Source: an uncultured Planctomycetota bacterium (GTDB lineage Bacteria; Planctomycetota; PLA2; JAEUHO01). Taken from it: a stretch of 64,000 nucleotides of DNA. The DNA lies in the NCBI GenBank assembly GCA_963752285.1, contig CAVVXN010000005.1, positions 1,696,001 through 1,760,000 of the forward strand. Direction: 5' to 3'. Position numbers and translations under genes: made by a program. Positions 29,611 through 39,900 of the stretch are shown in pieces (the first letter of the stretch is position 1; the number at the start of each line of letters is the position of its first letter). The notes under the pieces are model-generated. The model ran no database searches. It was not told the origin of the DNA and saw only the letters and a program-made list of their open reading frames with translations.

Positions 29611-29650
29611 GGGCCCGGGTCGGCCCGGGTCGGCCCGGGTCGGCCCGGGA
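29611..29650. repeat. Tandem repeat, 4 x 10 bp (c/g)GGCCCGGG(t/a)
   Basis: gggcccgggt cggcccgggt cggcccgggt cggcccggga, intergenic. Confidence 0.95.
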
Positions 29651-29754
29651 TGCTGCCCCCGGCGTGGTGGCGGGGACGGGGGGGCACCGCGAGGCGGGAG
29701 CGGGTGGCGCTCCGGGCGCGAGAATCCGGGCTCGTGGGGCTGTCCCCCCTTCGT

Positions 29755-29769
29755 GTTCTCTTCTTGTTC
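29755..29769 (+). promoter_or_regulatory. GTTC-N7-GTTC direct repeat, candidate LexA operator
   Basis: gttc tcttctt gttc, 3 nt before the HNH gene ATG. Confidence 0.55.
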
Positions 29770-29772
29770 GTC

Positions 29773-31272
29773 ATGCGTCGTCCGTCCCACTGGTCCAACC
29801 CGCTCGAAGGCGCGCGACGGGACGAGGAAGCCGCCGCGGCGCTGCCGCGTGCGATCCGCGGCGGCCGGCGGTTCCAGATGCGGCAAGCGCGCCTCCTGGC
29901 CCGGCTGGATGCGGTCCGGCACCACCGGACGGCCGGCGCGGCCGGGCTCGAGGAGTACGCGCTGCGCTGCGGTCTCGGCCCGCGCGAGACGCACGACCTG
30001 GTCCGTCTCGGCCACCTCGTGAGAACGCTCCCCGCGGCGGAGGCGGCCTTCCTCGAGGGGAGGCTCCCGCTCGAGTCGGCTTCGTCGCTCCATCTCGCGC
30101 TGAGCCCGGTCGGAGAGCTCCCTCCGGACGCGTCGCGACCGGCCGAGGGTTGGCTCGAGCTGGCCTGCCAGACCGCGCCACGCGACTTCGCCGACCTCGT
30201 CCGTCAGGTCCGGGCGGAGCTCCAGTCGGGCACCACGATGGTGCGGATCTCGGTGCTCCTCTCGGAGAAGACCCTCGAGACGTTCCACCGCGCGAAACGC
30301 GTGCTTCGCCATATGCGGAAGCGCGCGATCACGGAGGACGAGCTCGTGCAGACTCTGTGCCGGGAGTTTCTCGATCGTCACGATCCGGCGCGTCCGCCGT
30401 TGCGCGAGAGGAAGGTCGTTGCGACGGGCACGCACAGCCGGCACGTCACCGCGAGGGACAAGCGCGAGGTGATCGAACGCGACGGCTACCGCTGCATCCA
30501 CCCGGGGTGCACTTGCCCCGGTCCGTTCCACCTCGGGCACATCCGCCGCTACAGCGAGGGCGGCGGGAACACGGCCGACGAGCTCGTCTTGCAGTGCTGG
30601 ATCCACAACGAGCTCGAGGCCATGGGCATGGTGCAGATCCTGGGGCCGGCGTACGACCCGGGCTTCCAGTACCGCTTGGGTGGGCCCACCGCCCAATGGA
30701 GCGAGGTCGAGCGACCGTACGCGGGAGACGCGGAGGCTCGGCGCGAACGCGCGGACCGGGCGAGGAAGCGGTCGGCGGAGGAAGTGGCCGGGTCGAGCGC
30801 GGCCGGGCCGGCAGCGGGGTCGTTGGCAGGTCCGGGTGGAGATGCGATGAGCCCGGTTCAGGACGCGTCCGTGGACGACGTCGCCCCCGGGCCCGCGTCG
30901 GGTCCGGGCTCGCGACCGGACTCGTCGGCCGCCGCCGGAGGGCGCGTCGGACCGACCGCCTTGCCGAGGGCCGCCCGCCCGCCGACGAGCGAGCGCGCCC
31001 GAGGACCGATCTCGGCCCGCTTCGAACGATGCGACGGCGGGACGTTCGTGACCGAGCACCGGATCCGCATTCCCCATCTCGAGGCGCGCGACCCGACGCG
31101 TCTCGCGGCCTGGCTCCAGAGCTGGTTCGCCCTTCGAGCCGAGCGCGCGCGCATGCGGGACGAGGAGCCTTCGCGTTCCCAGGGTTCGCGGACCGCGCCG
31201 CATGTCCCCGACGCGTCGGGCGCGGGCGGGGGCTCCGGGAGAGACCCCGACGTGCCGCGCCGCCCGCCGTGA
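29773..31272 (+). CDS. DUF222-like / HNH endonuclease domain protein
   Basis: N-domain LEEYALRCGLG…LPAAEAAFLEGRL; RHVTARDKREVIERDGYRCIHPGC…GHIRRYSEGGGN…CWIHN. Confidence 0.85.
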   Translation: MRRPSHWSNPLEGARRDEEAAAALPRAIRGGRRFQMRQARLLARLDAVRHHRTAGAAGLEEYALRCGLGPRETHDLVRLGHLVRTLPAAEAAFLEGRLPLESASSLHLALSPVGELPPDASRPAEGWLELACQTAPRDFADLVRQVRAELQSGTTMVRISVLLSEKTLETFHRAKRVLRHMRKRAITEDELVQTLCREFLDRHDPARPPLRERKVVATGTHSRHVTARDKREVIERDGYRCIHPGCTCPGPFHLGHIRRYSEGGGNTADELVLQCWIHNELEAMGMVQILGPAYDPGFQYRLGGPTAQWSEVERPYAGDAEARRERADRARKRSAEEVAGSSAAGPAAGSLAGPGGDAMSPVQDASVDDVAPGPASGPGSRPDSSAAAGGRVGPTALPRAARPPTSERARGPISARFERCDGGTFVTEHRIRIPHLEARDPTRLAAWLQSWFALRAERARMRDEEPSRSQGSRTAPHVPDASGAGGGSGRDPDVPRRPP

Positions 31273-31388
31273 GGCAGGGGTGGGCCGGGGGGATCTCGGT
31301 CTCCCCGACCTGCCCGGTACCCATGGACCCGCGGAATGGACAGCACGGACCTGGGTGGCTACCTTCGGCGCCGCCAGGGAGGGTTCCA

Positions 31389-31562
31389 ATGCGTCGCATG
31401 CTCCTCGCGCTCCTCGTCGCGGCGGCCGCCGCCTCGGCGGGGTGCCAGACCTCCTCCAACCGGTTCAAGCCGTGCTGGAGGACCTACGTGGTGAGCCAGC
31501 GCTGCGTGCCCGTCTCCCCGGCGACCCGGGTTCCGGCCGTCGTTCGGCCCGCGGACCGATGA
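31389..31562 (+). CDS. Small predicted lipoprotein (57 aa)
   Basis: [29 protein letters not shown] lipobox. Confidence 0.6.
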   Translation: MRRMLLALLVAAAAASAGCQTSSNRFKPCWRTYVVSQRCVPVSPATRVPAVVRPADR

Positions 31563-31644
31563 CGCGGCCCTGATCCGGACCGAGAATCCCGGGCCTCATG
31601 TGTTCCGCCGCGACCATCGCGCGCGGACTACGAGAGGACTCCCC

Positions 31645-32517
31645 ATGCCGAGACCGTTCAGGCTCCTCGCCGCCGTCATTCTGCTCGCCCTCCCGCTGGC
31701 CGCTCGGGCCGACGAAGGAGTCCCCTCCGCCGAGACGCCCGGCGATCCGATGCTGACGATCGAGACGACGAAGGGCAAGATCGTCGTGGAACTGTTTCAA
31801 AAGGAGGCCCCGAAGACGGTCGAGAACTTCATGGGTCTGGCGCTCGGCACGAAGGAGTTCACCGACCCTGCCACGAGCGAGAAGGCGAAGCGCGCCTTCT
31901 ACGACGGACTCGCGTTCCACCGCGTGATCAAGGGGTTCATGATCCAGGGTGGAGATCCGCTCGGTACCGGTATGGGCGGCCCCGGGTACGAGTTCGAGGA
32001 CGAGATCGACGCGAAGGCGCTCGGCCTCGACAAGCTCCGCGCGGTGGACATGGCCGACGCCGCTCGGCCCAAGCCCCACCCGTGGCTCCTGGTCCGCAGC
32101 CAGCAGGACTGGCAGAATCTGATTCTCCGTCCGGTGTTCGAGAAGCTTGGGATCACGTCCAACGAACAAGCGCAGGCCCGCAAGAGTGAGATCCAGGAGG
32201 CGATCGGCGCGCTGACTCTCGAGGACGTCTACGAGAGCCGCGGCTACGTGTACCGCGAGGGCGCAAGCCACCACAAGCCTGCGAAGGGCACGCTCGCCAT
32301 GGCGAACAGCGGGCCGAACACGAACGGGTCCCAGTTCTTCATCAATCTCGTGGACAACGACTATCTGTCCGGAAAGCACACGGTATTCGGCAAGGTGATC
32401 GCCGGGATGGACGTCGTCGAGGCGATCGGCAACGTCCCCGTGGACGGAGCGAGCAAGCCGAAGGAGCCGGTCAAGATCCTCTCGGTGAAGCTCGTTCCGC
32501 CGCCCCCTCCGAAGTGA
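31645..32517 (+). CDS. Exported cyclophilin-type peptidyl-prolyl isomerase with large insertion
   Basis: [46 protein letters not shown]; signal peptide. Confidence 0.95.
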   Translation: MPRPFRLLAAVILLALPLAARADEGVPSAETPGDPMLTIETTKGKIVVELFQKEAPKTVENFMGLALGTKEFTDPATSEKAKRAFYDGLAFHRVIKGFMIQGGDPLGTGMGGPGYEFEDEIDAKALGLDKLRAVDMADAARPKPHPWLLVRSQQDWQNLILRPVFEKLGITSNEQAQARKSEIQEAIGALTLEDVYESRGYVYREGASHHKPAKGTLAMANSGPNTNGSQFFINLVDNDYLSGKHTVFGKVIAGMDVVEAIGNVPVDGASKPKEPVKILSVKLVPPPPPK

Positions 32518-32562
32518 CGGCGCCGTCACCCTCGCCTCGCAAGGCCAAGCCTAGAGCCACGC

Positions 32563-33363
32563 TCACCGGCGCCCACCCATCAGGCGGCGGGAGACCGACG
32601 CCACGAAACGGCGGGTGAAGAGCCGCTCAAGAAACACGAGAATCCGGTTCCCAACGCCGGGAACCGCGATCATCCGACCCCGCGAGAGGGCCTTCAGCCC
32701 ATCGCGGGCCACGCGCTCGGCGGACATACGGAAGCGCAGGAACGCGCCGATGTCGCTGTAGCCCGCCGCCTCGAAGAACTCGGTGTCGGTCACGCCGGGG
32801 CACAGGGCGGTGACTACCACGTTCGTGTGGCGCACCTCCTGGTACACGCTCGCGGAGAGGTTCTGCAGGTACGCCTTGGTCCCGGCGTATCCCGCCTGGT
32901 ACGGCGCGGGCTGAAGGCCCGCCATGCTGGCCACGTTCAAGACCCCGCCGCGACCCCGCACGAGCATGCCCGGCAGGAGGCGCCTCAGGAGCGCGGTCGG
33001 CGCAGCGACGTTCACCTCCAGCATGTCGCGCGTTCGCGCCTCGTCCGCCCGGACGAAGGGGCCTGGCACCGCGAACCCGGCGTTGTTCACGAGCACGTCC
33101 ACGTGTCCGAGCGCACACTCGGCGGCCGCAACGAGCCGTTCGACCGAGCCCGGGTCGGCGAGGTCCGCCGTGACGACGTGGGCCTCGGGCGCTCCGAGCG
33201 ACCGGCACTCCTCGGCGAGGGCATCGAGCCGCTCGACACGTCGCGCAGTCAGGACGAGCCGGGCGCCCTCGCGTGCGAGAAGCCTGGCGATCTCGCGGCC
33301 GATCCCGCTGCTCGCACCCGTGACGAGGCAGCCGAAGTCCCGATACGAGGCGATCCTGGGCAA
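32563..33363 (-). CDS. Short-chain dehydrogenase/reductase
   Basis: TGASSGIG, NNAG, YAGTK; TTG start after GGAGG. Confidence 0.92.
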   Translation of the reverse strand: MPRIASYRDFGCLVTGASSGIGREIARLLAREGARLVLTARRVERLDALAEECRSLGAPEAHVVTADLADPGSVERLVAAAECALGHVDVLVNNAGFAVPGPFVRADEARTRDMLEVNVAAPTALLRRLLPGMLVRGRGGVLNVASMAGLQPAPYQAGYAGTKAYLQNLSASVYQEVRHTNVVVTALCPGVTDTEFFEAAGYSDIGAFLRFRMSAERVARDGLKALSRGRMIAVPGVGNRILVFLERLFTRRFVASVSRRLMGGRR

Positions 33364-33376
33364 ACCGACCTCCGCT

Positions 33377-36300
33377 TCAGCCCCGCGCGACGAGCAGGTC
33401 GCGCCACGCCCCCGGCCACCGGTCGCGGAGCGACGCGACCGCGTAGGCCGACGCGAGGCGCCGCGCATCCTCCAGGGCTTCGCCGCCCACGTCCATCTCG
33501 ACCTCTACGGCAGGGTCCCCCCAGCCCGGATCGAGGAGAAGCAGGCGCGCCCCGGCCACGTCGTGCCCGAGCAGTCTCTCGGCGGCCAGGGCGTAGAACG
33601 CGATCTGCACCGCGTACTGCTCCCGAACGGCAGCGGGTGTTGGCAGGAGATCGCTCGGCGGGTTCGTCTTGTAGTCCACCAGGAGAAGGCCCTCGGCCGT
33701 CGGCAGCCAGAGGTCGATCGCGCCGCGGACGAGCAGCGCGTCGAAGCCCCCCACCTCGGCGCCGCGTGGAAACCGAATCCGGGCGTGGAACGCGACCTCG
33801 CGCCGGATGTCCTCGCCCTCACGGAGCGCCGCGGCGACCCGCCGACCGATCGACGACGCACGGAACCGTTCGACCATCGCTGAAACCAGCGCCACCGCGT
33901 CCGGCGACGGTTCTCCCTCGACCTGATCGACCAGCGCCTCCCGGACCTGGTCCGCCGACGGACCCGCGCGCGACGGACGTAGGTGCTCGAGCACGGCGTG
34001 GAGCGCCCTCCCGATGGCCGCGCGGTCCACCCGTCCTGCTCCGCCCTCCACCGCCTCTCGCTCCGGTCCGAGCTCGTCGAAGCGCCACCGCCGGTCCGCG
34101 CGGCGCACCTCGTCGGACGGGCCGCGCTCGTCCCCCGACGCGGGATCGTCCGGCTCGGCCGCCCGGGGCGGGGCCTCGGCCCGCGGCTCGAGCCGCCGGA
34201 GGTAGAAGCGCGCCGGCGATCGCTCGAAGTGGAGCAGATCCGAGACGCTGGCCACGAAGGGCGTGCCGCCGAGGACGTCGATGGGTCGCGCGGCCTCCTC
34301 CCGGAGCCGACGCGCCTCGGCCCGCGCCGACGCGCCGGGCGCCGAGACCGCGATCAGGAGCGGAGGGCTCGGCGCGTCCGCGACCGGGTCCACCCGCCGG
34401 TGGACGAGTCGGCCGGAGCCGAGCCGGACCTCCCCCGGCTCGCGTTCCGGCTTCACCTGGAGCGCTTCCAGTAGGGCCGCGCCCCAACCCTGGAGACCCT
34501 TCGGCCTTCCGTCCCTCGTGAGCCCGGCCGACGACCCGGTCACGAAGAGCCGCTCCTCCGCTCGCGTCATCGCGACGTAGAGGAGGCGCCGGTCCTCCTC
34601 CGCGACGAGCCGGGTCTCGTGGTCCTTCGCGGCCTGCCAGCCCGCCGGACGGTGGCCCGTCCCCTCGAGTGGGTGCCGGAGCTTCGCCGCGAGGCTCCGC
34701 TCCCCGTCGAAGAGGAGCGCATCCTTGACGGGCAAGGACTTCCGCCCGACATCGGCGATCACGACCACCGGGAACTCGAGACCCTTCGCCCCGTGCACCG
34801 TGTTCAGTCGCACCGCGCCCACGCCCTCCGTCGCGACCGGTGCCTCCGCCTCCGCGACCTCCAGGTCGCGCACGGTCTCGAGGTGCCGCAGGAGGCCGGC
34901 GAGATCCCGCCCGCCTCGTCGCTCCACACGCCGCGCCAGCGCCACGGCCTTGCGCAGGTTCATCGCCCGCCGCGCGCCCCCGGGGCGGAGGAGCTGGCTC
35001 TCGAGGAGCCCGAGGTCGTAGAGCGCCCCCTCGACGACCCGCCCGAGTCGCCCGGCGACCGCCTCCCAGCGAAGGCGCTCGACCGCGTCGCGCACGCGCG
35101 CGAGCCGCGCGTCGCTGTCCGCGGCCTCGCCGAAGCGCGCCCAGGGCGCCCCCGGCTCCCGTGGCGAAGCCCGCGGGTCCTCGAACCACCGGAGCAGGTC
35201 GTCGTCGGTCGCGGCCAGGGCGGGCCCCGTCGCGAAGCAGAGGAACGCGAAGTCGTCCGCGGGGTCGTGGACGACCCGAAGGGCGTACACGAGATCCACG
35301 ATCTCGTCCGCCTGGAAGAACCCGCGGCCGCGGTGCGTCACGAACGGGATCGCCTCCGCGAGGAGCGCCTCCTCGTAGACGGAGAGGTCGGACCGCGCCC
35401 GAAGCAGGATCGCCACGTCCCCGTATCCGAGCATGCGGCGCGGTTCGCCGGGCACCCTCCGCGCGCGGGGGGTCCCGACCTCCACCAGCTCCTTGATGCG
35501 CCGGGCGACGTAGCGCGCCTCGGCGGCCCGGCGAGAATCCGCGTCGGCGCCCGCGCCGGCGTCCACGATCGTGAGCTCGACGTCGGGCCCTTCCACGTCG
35601 TCGAACCGGCCCGCGGCGACGAGCGCCGCGGCCGGAACGCCGGCCGCGCCCCCCTCGAAGAGCCGCGCCGTCAGCTCGTTCAGCGCGTCCACGAGAGGCG
35701 GCCGCGCGCGGAACGTCCGCGAGAGGACGTGGCCTCCGTCCACGCCGACGCGCGCGCGCTCCGCCTCGAGCACGCGTACGTCCGCGCGCCGGAAGCGGTA
35801 GATCGACTGCTTCGGGTCGCCGACCGAGAACCGCGGGCACCCGACACCCCCCAGGCGGGCGAGGATCCGCGCCTGGAGCGGGTTCGTGTCCTGCATCTCG
35901 TCGATGAGCAGCGCCCGCGGGGCGTTCGCCGGCGCGCGGCCTTCCGCCGCGAGGCGCCCGAGCAGGTCGAACGCACCGCGCTCCAGGTCGGTGAAGTCGA
36001 GGCCCGAGAGCCCCCGCTTGAGATCGGAGTACGCACGGTCCACTCGTGCAAGGAGCCTCCGGAGGGACGGAAGCACCTCGCGCGCGCCGATCTCGTCGAG
36101 CGCACGCCCGAGGACGACGTCGAGCTGGTCCGTCAAGGTGCACCGCGCGTCGCGGAGCCGGGCGCTCCCGCGCCGCGGGGGGTCGGGCTTCGCCGCGGCC
36201 ACCGCGTCCCGCGCGGCGAGCACGTGCCAGGCGTCGGCCGGGGCGGCGAGGGCCCGGCGCACTTCGGCTCCCGCGCTCGCGACGCGCGCCCGCGTGGTCG

Positions 36301-36919
36301 CGTCGGCGTCCGCCGCCTCCCGCTCGAGGTCATCGAGCGCCCCGAGCAGCTCCTCGGGCTCGGGCGGCGCGCCCCCGTCGCCGTATCGCCACGTGAGATC
36401 GCCCGGGTCGATACCCGCGCCGCGCACGCGTTCGAGCAGGAAAAGACACTCGTCCTTGCCCGCCGGGACCCGCGACAGCACCGCGAGGGTCTCGGGATCG
36501 CCGGCGAAGAGGTCCGCCAGCCCGAGCCGCCACGCGTCCTCGCGCAGGAGGCGCGACTCGGTCTCGTCGAGCACGCGGAACGCCGGGTCGAGCCCCGCGT
36601 CGATGGCGTGCCGGCGGAGCAGGCGCGCTGCGAACGCGTGGATGGTCGAGATCGGAGCGAACTCGACCTCCGCCGCGAGGTCGGGTCGACCCGCCTCGGC
36701 GAGGTCCCGCGCGATCCGAAGCCGCATCTCGCCAGCGGCCTTGTCCGTGTACGTGAGGGCGGCGATGCGCCGCACCGGCAGGCGATGGGCGAGCGCGAGG
36801 TGCACGAACCGACGGGAGAGGACCGCCGTCTTGCCCGACCCGGCACCCGCCACGACGCAAGCGTCGGCGAGCGCGTGCTCGATCGCCGCGCGCTGCTCGG
36901 GCGTCGGCTCGAGGCTCAC
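33377..36919 (-). CDS. addA: AddA-like UvrD helicase-nuclease
   Basis: AGAGSGKT, LIDEMQD, VGDPKQSIYRFR, TVHGAKGLEF, LYVAMTRA, C-terminal GAID…VDYKT nuclease. Confidence 0.9.
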   Translation of the reverse strand: MSLEPTPEQRAAIEHALADACVVAGAGSGKTAVLSRRFVHLALAHRLPVRRIAALTYTDKAAGEMRLRIARDLAEAGRPDLAAEVEFAPISTIHAFAARLLRRHAIDAGLDPAFRVLDETESRLLREDAWRLGLADLFAGDPETLAVLSRVPAGKDECLFLLERVRGAGIDPGDLTWRYGDGGAPPEPEELLGALDDLEREAADADATTRARVASAGAEVRRALAAPADAWHVLAARDAVAAAKPDPPRRGSARLRDARCTLTDQLDVVLGRALDEIGAREVLPSLRRLLARVDRAYSDLKRGLSGLDFTDLERGAFDLLGRLAAEGRAPANAPRALLIDEMQDTNPLQARILARLGGVGCPRFSVGDPKQSIYRFRRADVRVLEAERARVGVDGGHVLSRTFRARPPLVDALNELTARLFEGGAAGVPAAALVAAGRFDDVEGPDVELTIVDAGAGADADSRRAAEARYVARRIKELVEVGTPRARRVPGEPRRMLGYGDVAILLRARSDLSVYEEALLAEAIPFVTHRGRGFFQADEIVDLVYALRVVHDPADDFAFLCFATGPALAATDDDLLRWFEDPRASPREPGAPWARFGEAADSDARLARVRDAVERLRWEAVAGRLGRVVEGALYDLGLLESQLLRPGGARRAMNLRKAVALARRVERRGGRDLAGLLRHLETVRDLEVAEAEAPVATEGVGAVRLNTVHGAKGLEFPVVVIADVGRKSLPVKDALLFDGERSLAAKLRHPLEGTGHRPAGWQAAKDHETRLVAEEDRRLLYVAMTRAEERLFVTGSSAGLTRDGRPKGLQGWGAALLEALQVKPEREPGEVRLGSGRLVHRRVDPVADAPSPPLLIAVSAPGASARAEARRLREEAARPIDVLGGTPFVASVSDLLHFERSPARFYLRRLEPRAEAPPRAAEPDDPASGDERGPSDEVRRADRRWRFDELGPEREAVEGGAGRVDRAAIGRALHAVLEHLRPSRAGPSADQVREALVDQVEGEPSPDAVALVSAMVERFRASSIGRRVAAALREGEDIRREVAFHARIRFPRGAEVGGFDALLVRGAIDLWLPTAEGLLLVDYKTNPPSDLLPTPAAVREQYAVQIAFYALAAERLLGHDVAGARLLLLDPGWGDPAVEVEMDVGGEALEDARRLASAYAVASLRDRWPGAWRDLLVARG

Positions 36920-39900
36920 GACGTCGTCTCCTCGGCGTCGTCGGCGTCCTCGACCCGCGCGAAGACGGGACGGCAGGCGGGACGCCACGCGCAGGTTCCA
37001 CAGCGTTTGGCGTCCTCGGTCTGCCGGTCGTGCGCGCCCGCGCCCACCTCGAGGGCGGCCCGCCCCGCACGCTCTACGACCGCCGCGAGCGCCGCACGGA
37101 AGGCCGCGGGGTCGCGTCGGTCCACGCGGCCGCCTTCGCCGGCGCGCGCGGCGAGGACCGCTTCGCCGTCGCACCACACGCCGAACCGCACGCGCTCCGT
37201 CGCCGCGAGCCACTCGATCCCGACGACCTCGACGCCGTACATGCGGTGCACGACGGCCGCGTAGAGGGGAAGCTGGGGGTCCAGGCCCTCGCCGAAGAGA
37301 CGGTGCGCGTCCCGGGCGCTCGTCGCGGAGAGCTTGTAGTCGACGACCACCGCTCGGCCCTCGCCGCGGTCCACGCGGTCGATCCGGCCACGCAGCCGCA
37401 GGGGTCCCCCCGGCGTGTCGAGGGCGAAGCCGTCGTCCTCGCCGAACGCGAGCTCGAGCCCGTCCGCGCACGGGGCTACGAGGCCGGTCCCCGCTTCCAC
37501 CCGCGCGCGGAGGAGCGCCGCGAGCCGCTGGAGCTCGCCGAGGAGCACGACTCGTTCCGCCTCGCCGAGCGCCCCGACCTCGGATCCGCGCCGAGAGGCC
37601 GACGCCTCGATCGTCTCCCTCGCGACGACGGCCGGGGCCTTCGCCGGCTCCGCGAGCGCGCGGCGGAGCGCGTCGTGCACCAGGGTCCCCCGCTCGCGCG
37701 GCCCGAACGGCGGACCCGCGAACGGCACGGCGTCCTCGGGGGCGCCGAGCACCTGCCGGAAGAACACGCGCCGCCGACACGCGATCGCGTCGCGGAGCGT
37801 GCTGGCGGAGACGCGCGCGACGGCCGCCCTGAAGCGGGCCGTGGACCGCGCGGGCTCGAGCGGGTCGCCGCCCGAGACCCGCGCGCGCGCGGCCCGCCGC
37901 AGGAGGTCGGGGTCGCCCGTCGCGAGCAGGGCACGCGCGAGCTCCTGGTCGTCCGGCGACGCGCCGGGGTCGCGCGCTGTCTCCGCGGCGAAGAGGGCGA
38001 GGTCCCGCGGGGTGTAGCACTCGGACCGCGCGGGCGCCGGCCGGCCCGCCGGGCGCGACACCGTCGCCTCGGAGAGCCGGACGGTCCGCTCCACCTGCTC
38101 GAGGAAGAGCGACGGCGGGCGTGGGTCCCCGTCCGGCGTCGCCGTCGAGCGCACGAGCACGAGCCTCCTCCGCGCGCGCGTGACCGCGCCGTAGAAGAGC
38201 CGTCGTTCCCGCGTCTCGCGGTCGCGAGCGAGAGGGAGTCGGAAGCCCGCCGCGCCGTGGACGGACTCGCGGTCGTCGTCCCCGAGGACGACGTCCTCGC
38301 GCGGCACGAGCGGCACCTCGCCCTCCGAGAGCCCCGCCACGATCACGACGGGCGCCTCCCAGTGGCGCGCCTCCTCGAAATCGAACACGTTCACCGCGTC
38401 GAGCCGCCGGTCGGGGAGGGCGAGGCGCGCCTGCTCGACCGCGTCGAGGAGGAGGTCCACCGCGCGCCGCGCGTCCACATCGGTGCCGATCCCGGTGCGG
38501 AGCGCGGCCCCCGCCAGGCCGGCGACGAGACCGAGCACGCGGTCCCGGGCCGCCGCGGCGCGTGCCCGGCGGTGGTCGGCCTCGGGGTCGATCGGGCGAC
38601 CGGCGCGGTCGAGCCCCGCGGCCGGCGGGAGCGGCGCGAGCTCGAGCACGGCCTTCGCGAGGCGCGGCCCGAGCGCCCCCCACCCGGCGGCCGACGCGAG
38701 CTCGCGCCGATGGGTCACGAGCGGCTCGGGGTCGAGCCCCGCCGCGCGCGCGGCGGACGCGAGCTGGTCGAGGTCCCGGGGCCAGCCGTATCGGCGGCAG
38801 GCGATCTCGAAGCGGTCCACGCGGGCCGAGAGCGCGGGCCCGCCGTCGGCGTGCGCGCGCCAGCGGAACCACGGCACGAGCCCGGTCGCGTCGAGCTCTC
38901 CCGGGCCCGTCCGACCCGAGAGCAGCGAGAGCGGCCCCGCGAGCGCGCGGACGAGCGCCTCCGAGGCGAGCGGTCTGCCCGCGCCCACGAGTCGCGCGGG
39001 GACGCCGAGGCGGGAGAGCGCGTCGAGGATCCGTGGGCCGGCCTCGTCGAGCCGGCGGGCGACGACGACCAGGTCGCGCCACCCGCGGAGGAGCCCGGGG
39101 ACGCGGTCGAGCCGGCGCGCCTCGCGCGCGACCGCCTCGGCCTCGTCCTCGGGGTCGCCCGCGAGGACGAGCCGCACCTCTTCGCCCGGGTGCGCGGCGG
39201 GCGCGGGGGGGTCGCGGCGGAACAGGTCGAGGGCGAGTCGGGCGAGCGGGCCACCAGGCGCCCGCGCGAAGCCCGCGACGGGCTCCTCGACGAAGCCTCG
39301 CGTGAGGAGCCGCCGACGCGTCTCGGCGGAGGCGCCGAAGAGGTCGGGACGGCCCGCGTCCCACGGAAGGGTCACTACGACCTCCCCGCCGCGGTCGGCC
39401 ACGATCCGGGCGAGCGCGTCGAGGATCGCGTCCTCCACCGGGGTGAAGTCGTCGAAACCGTCCACCACGAGCAGGGCCGGCGCGCCCTCCAAGGGCCCCT
39501 CGTCGAGGGCACGGGCGAGTCGGCTGAGGGTGTCCTCGTGGTCCTCGAGCCCCGCGGCATCGAGGAGCCGGTCGTAGACGGTGAACACCTCGACGAACCC
39601 CAAGAGGCGCGCGCGCGCGTCGGGCGCGAGCCGGTCCGCCGATGCGGCGAGCCGTTCCCGCGCCGCCTCGGGATCGAGACCCGATTGCTTCACCTCTTTC
39701 ACGAGGCGGAGGAGCCGCGCGCGGAGGCCCGGCCGGTCGCGTACGGCGCGGAACGCCGGCGCGTCGGCCCGCCGGAGGGCCTCGTCCATGGTGGCGTCCC
39801 GCTCCACGAGCGACGGCAGGGCGCGCACCCGGAAGCCGTCGAGGTAGTGCTCCCCCACCGAGGTGAAGGTCTGGAACGCACCGTCGAGAACGGCCCGCGC

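Noticed and set aside
29611..29650. Tandem repeat as CRISPR array
   Set aside because: No spacers, 10-bp unit, no cas genes
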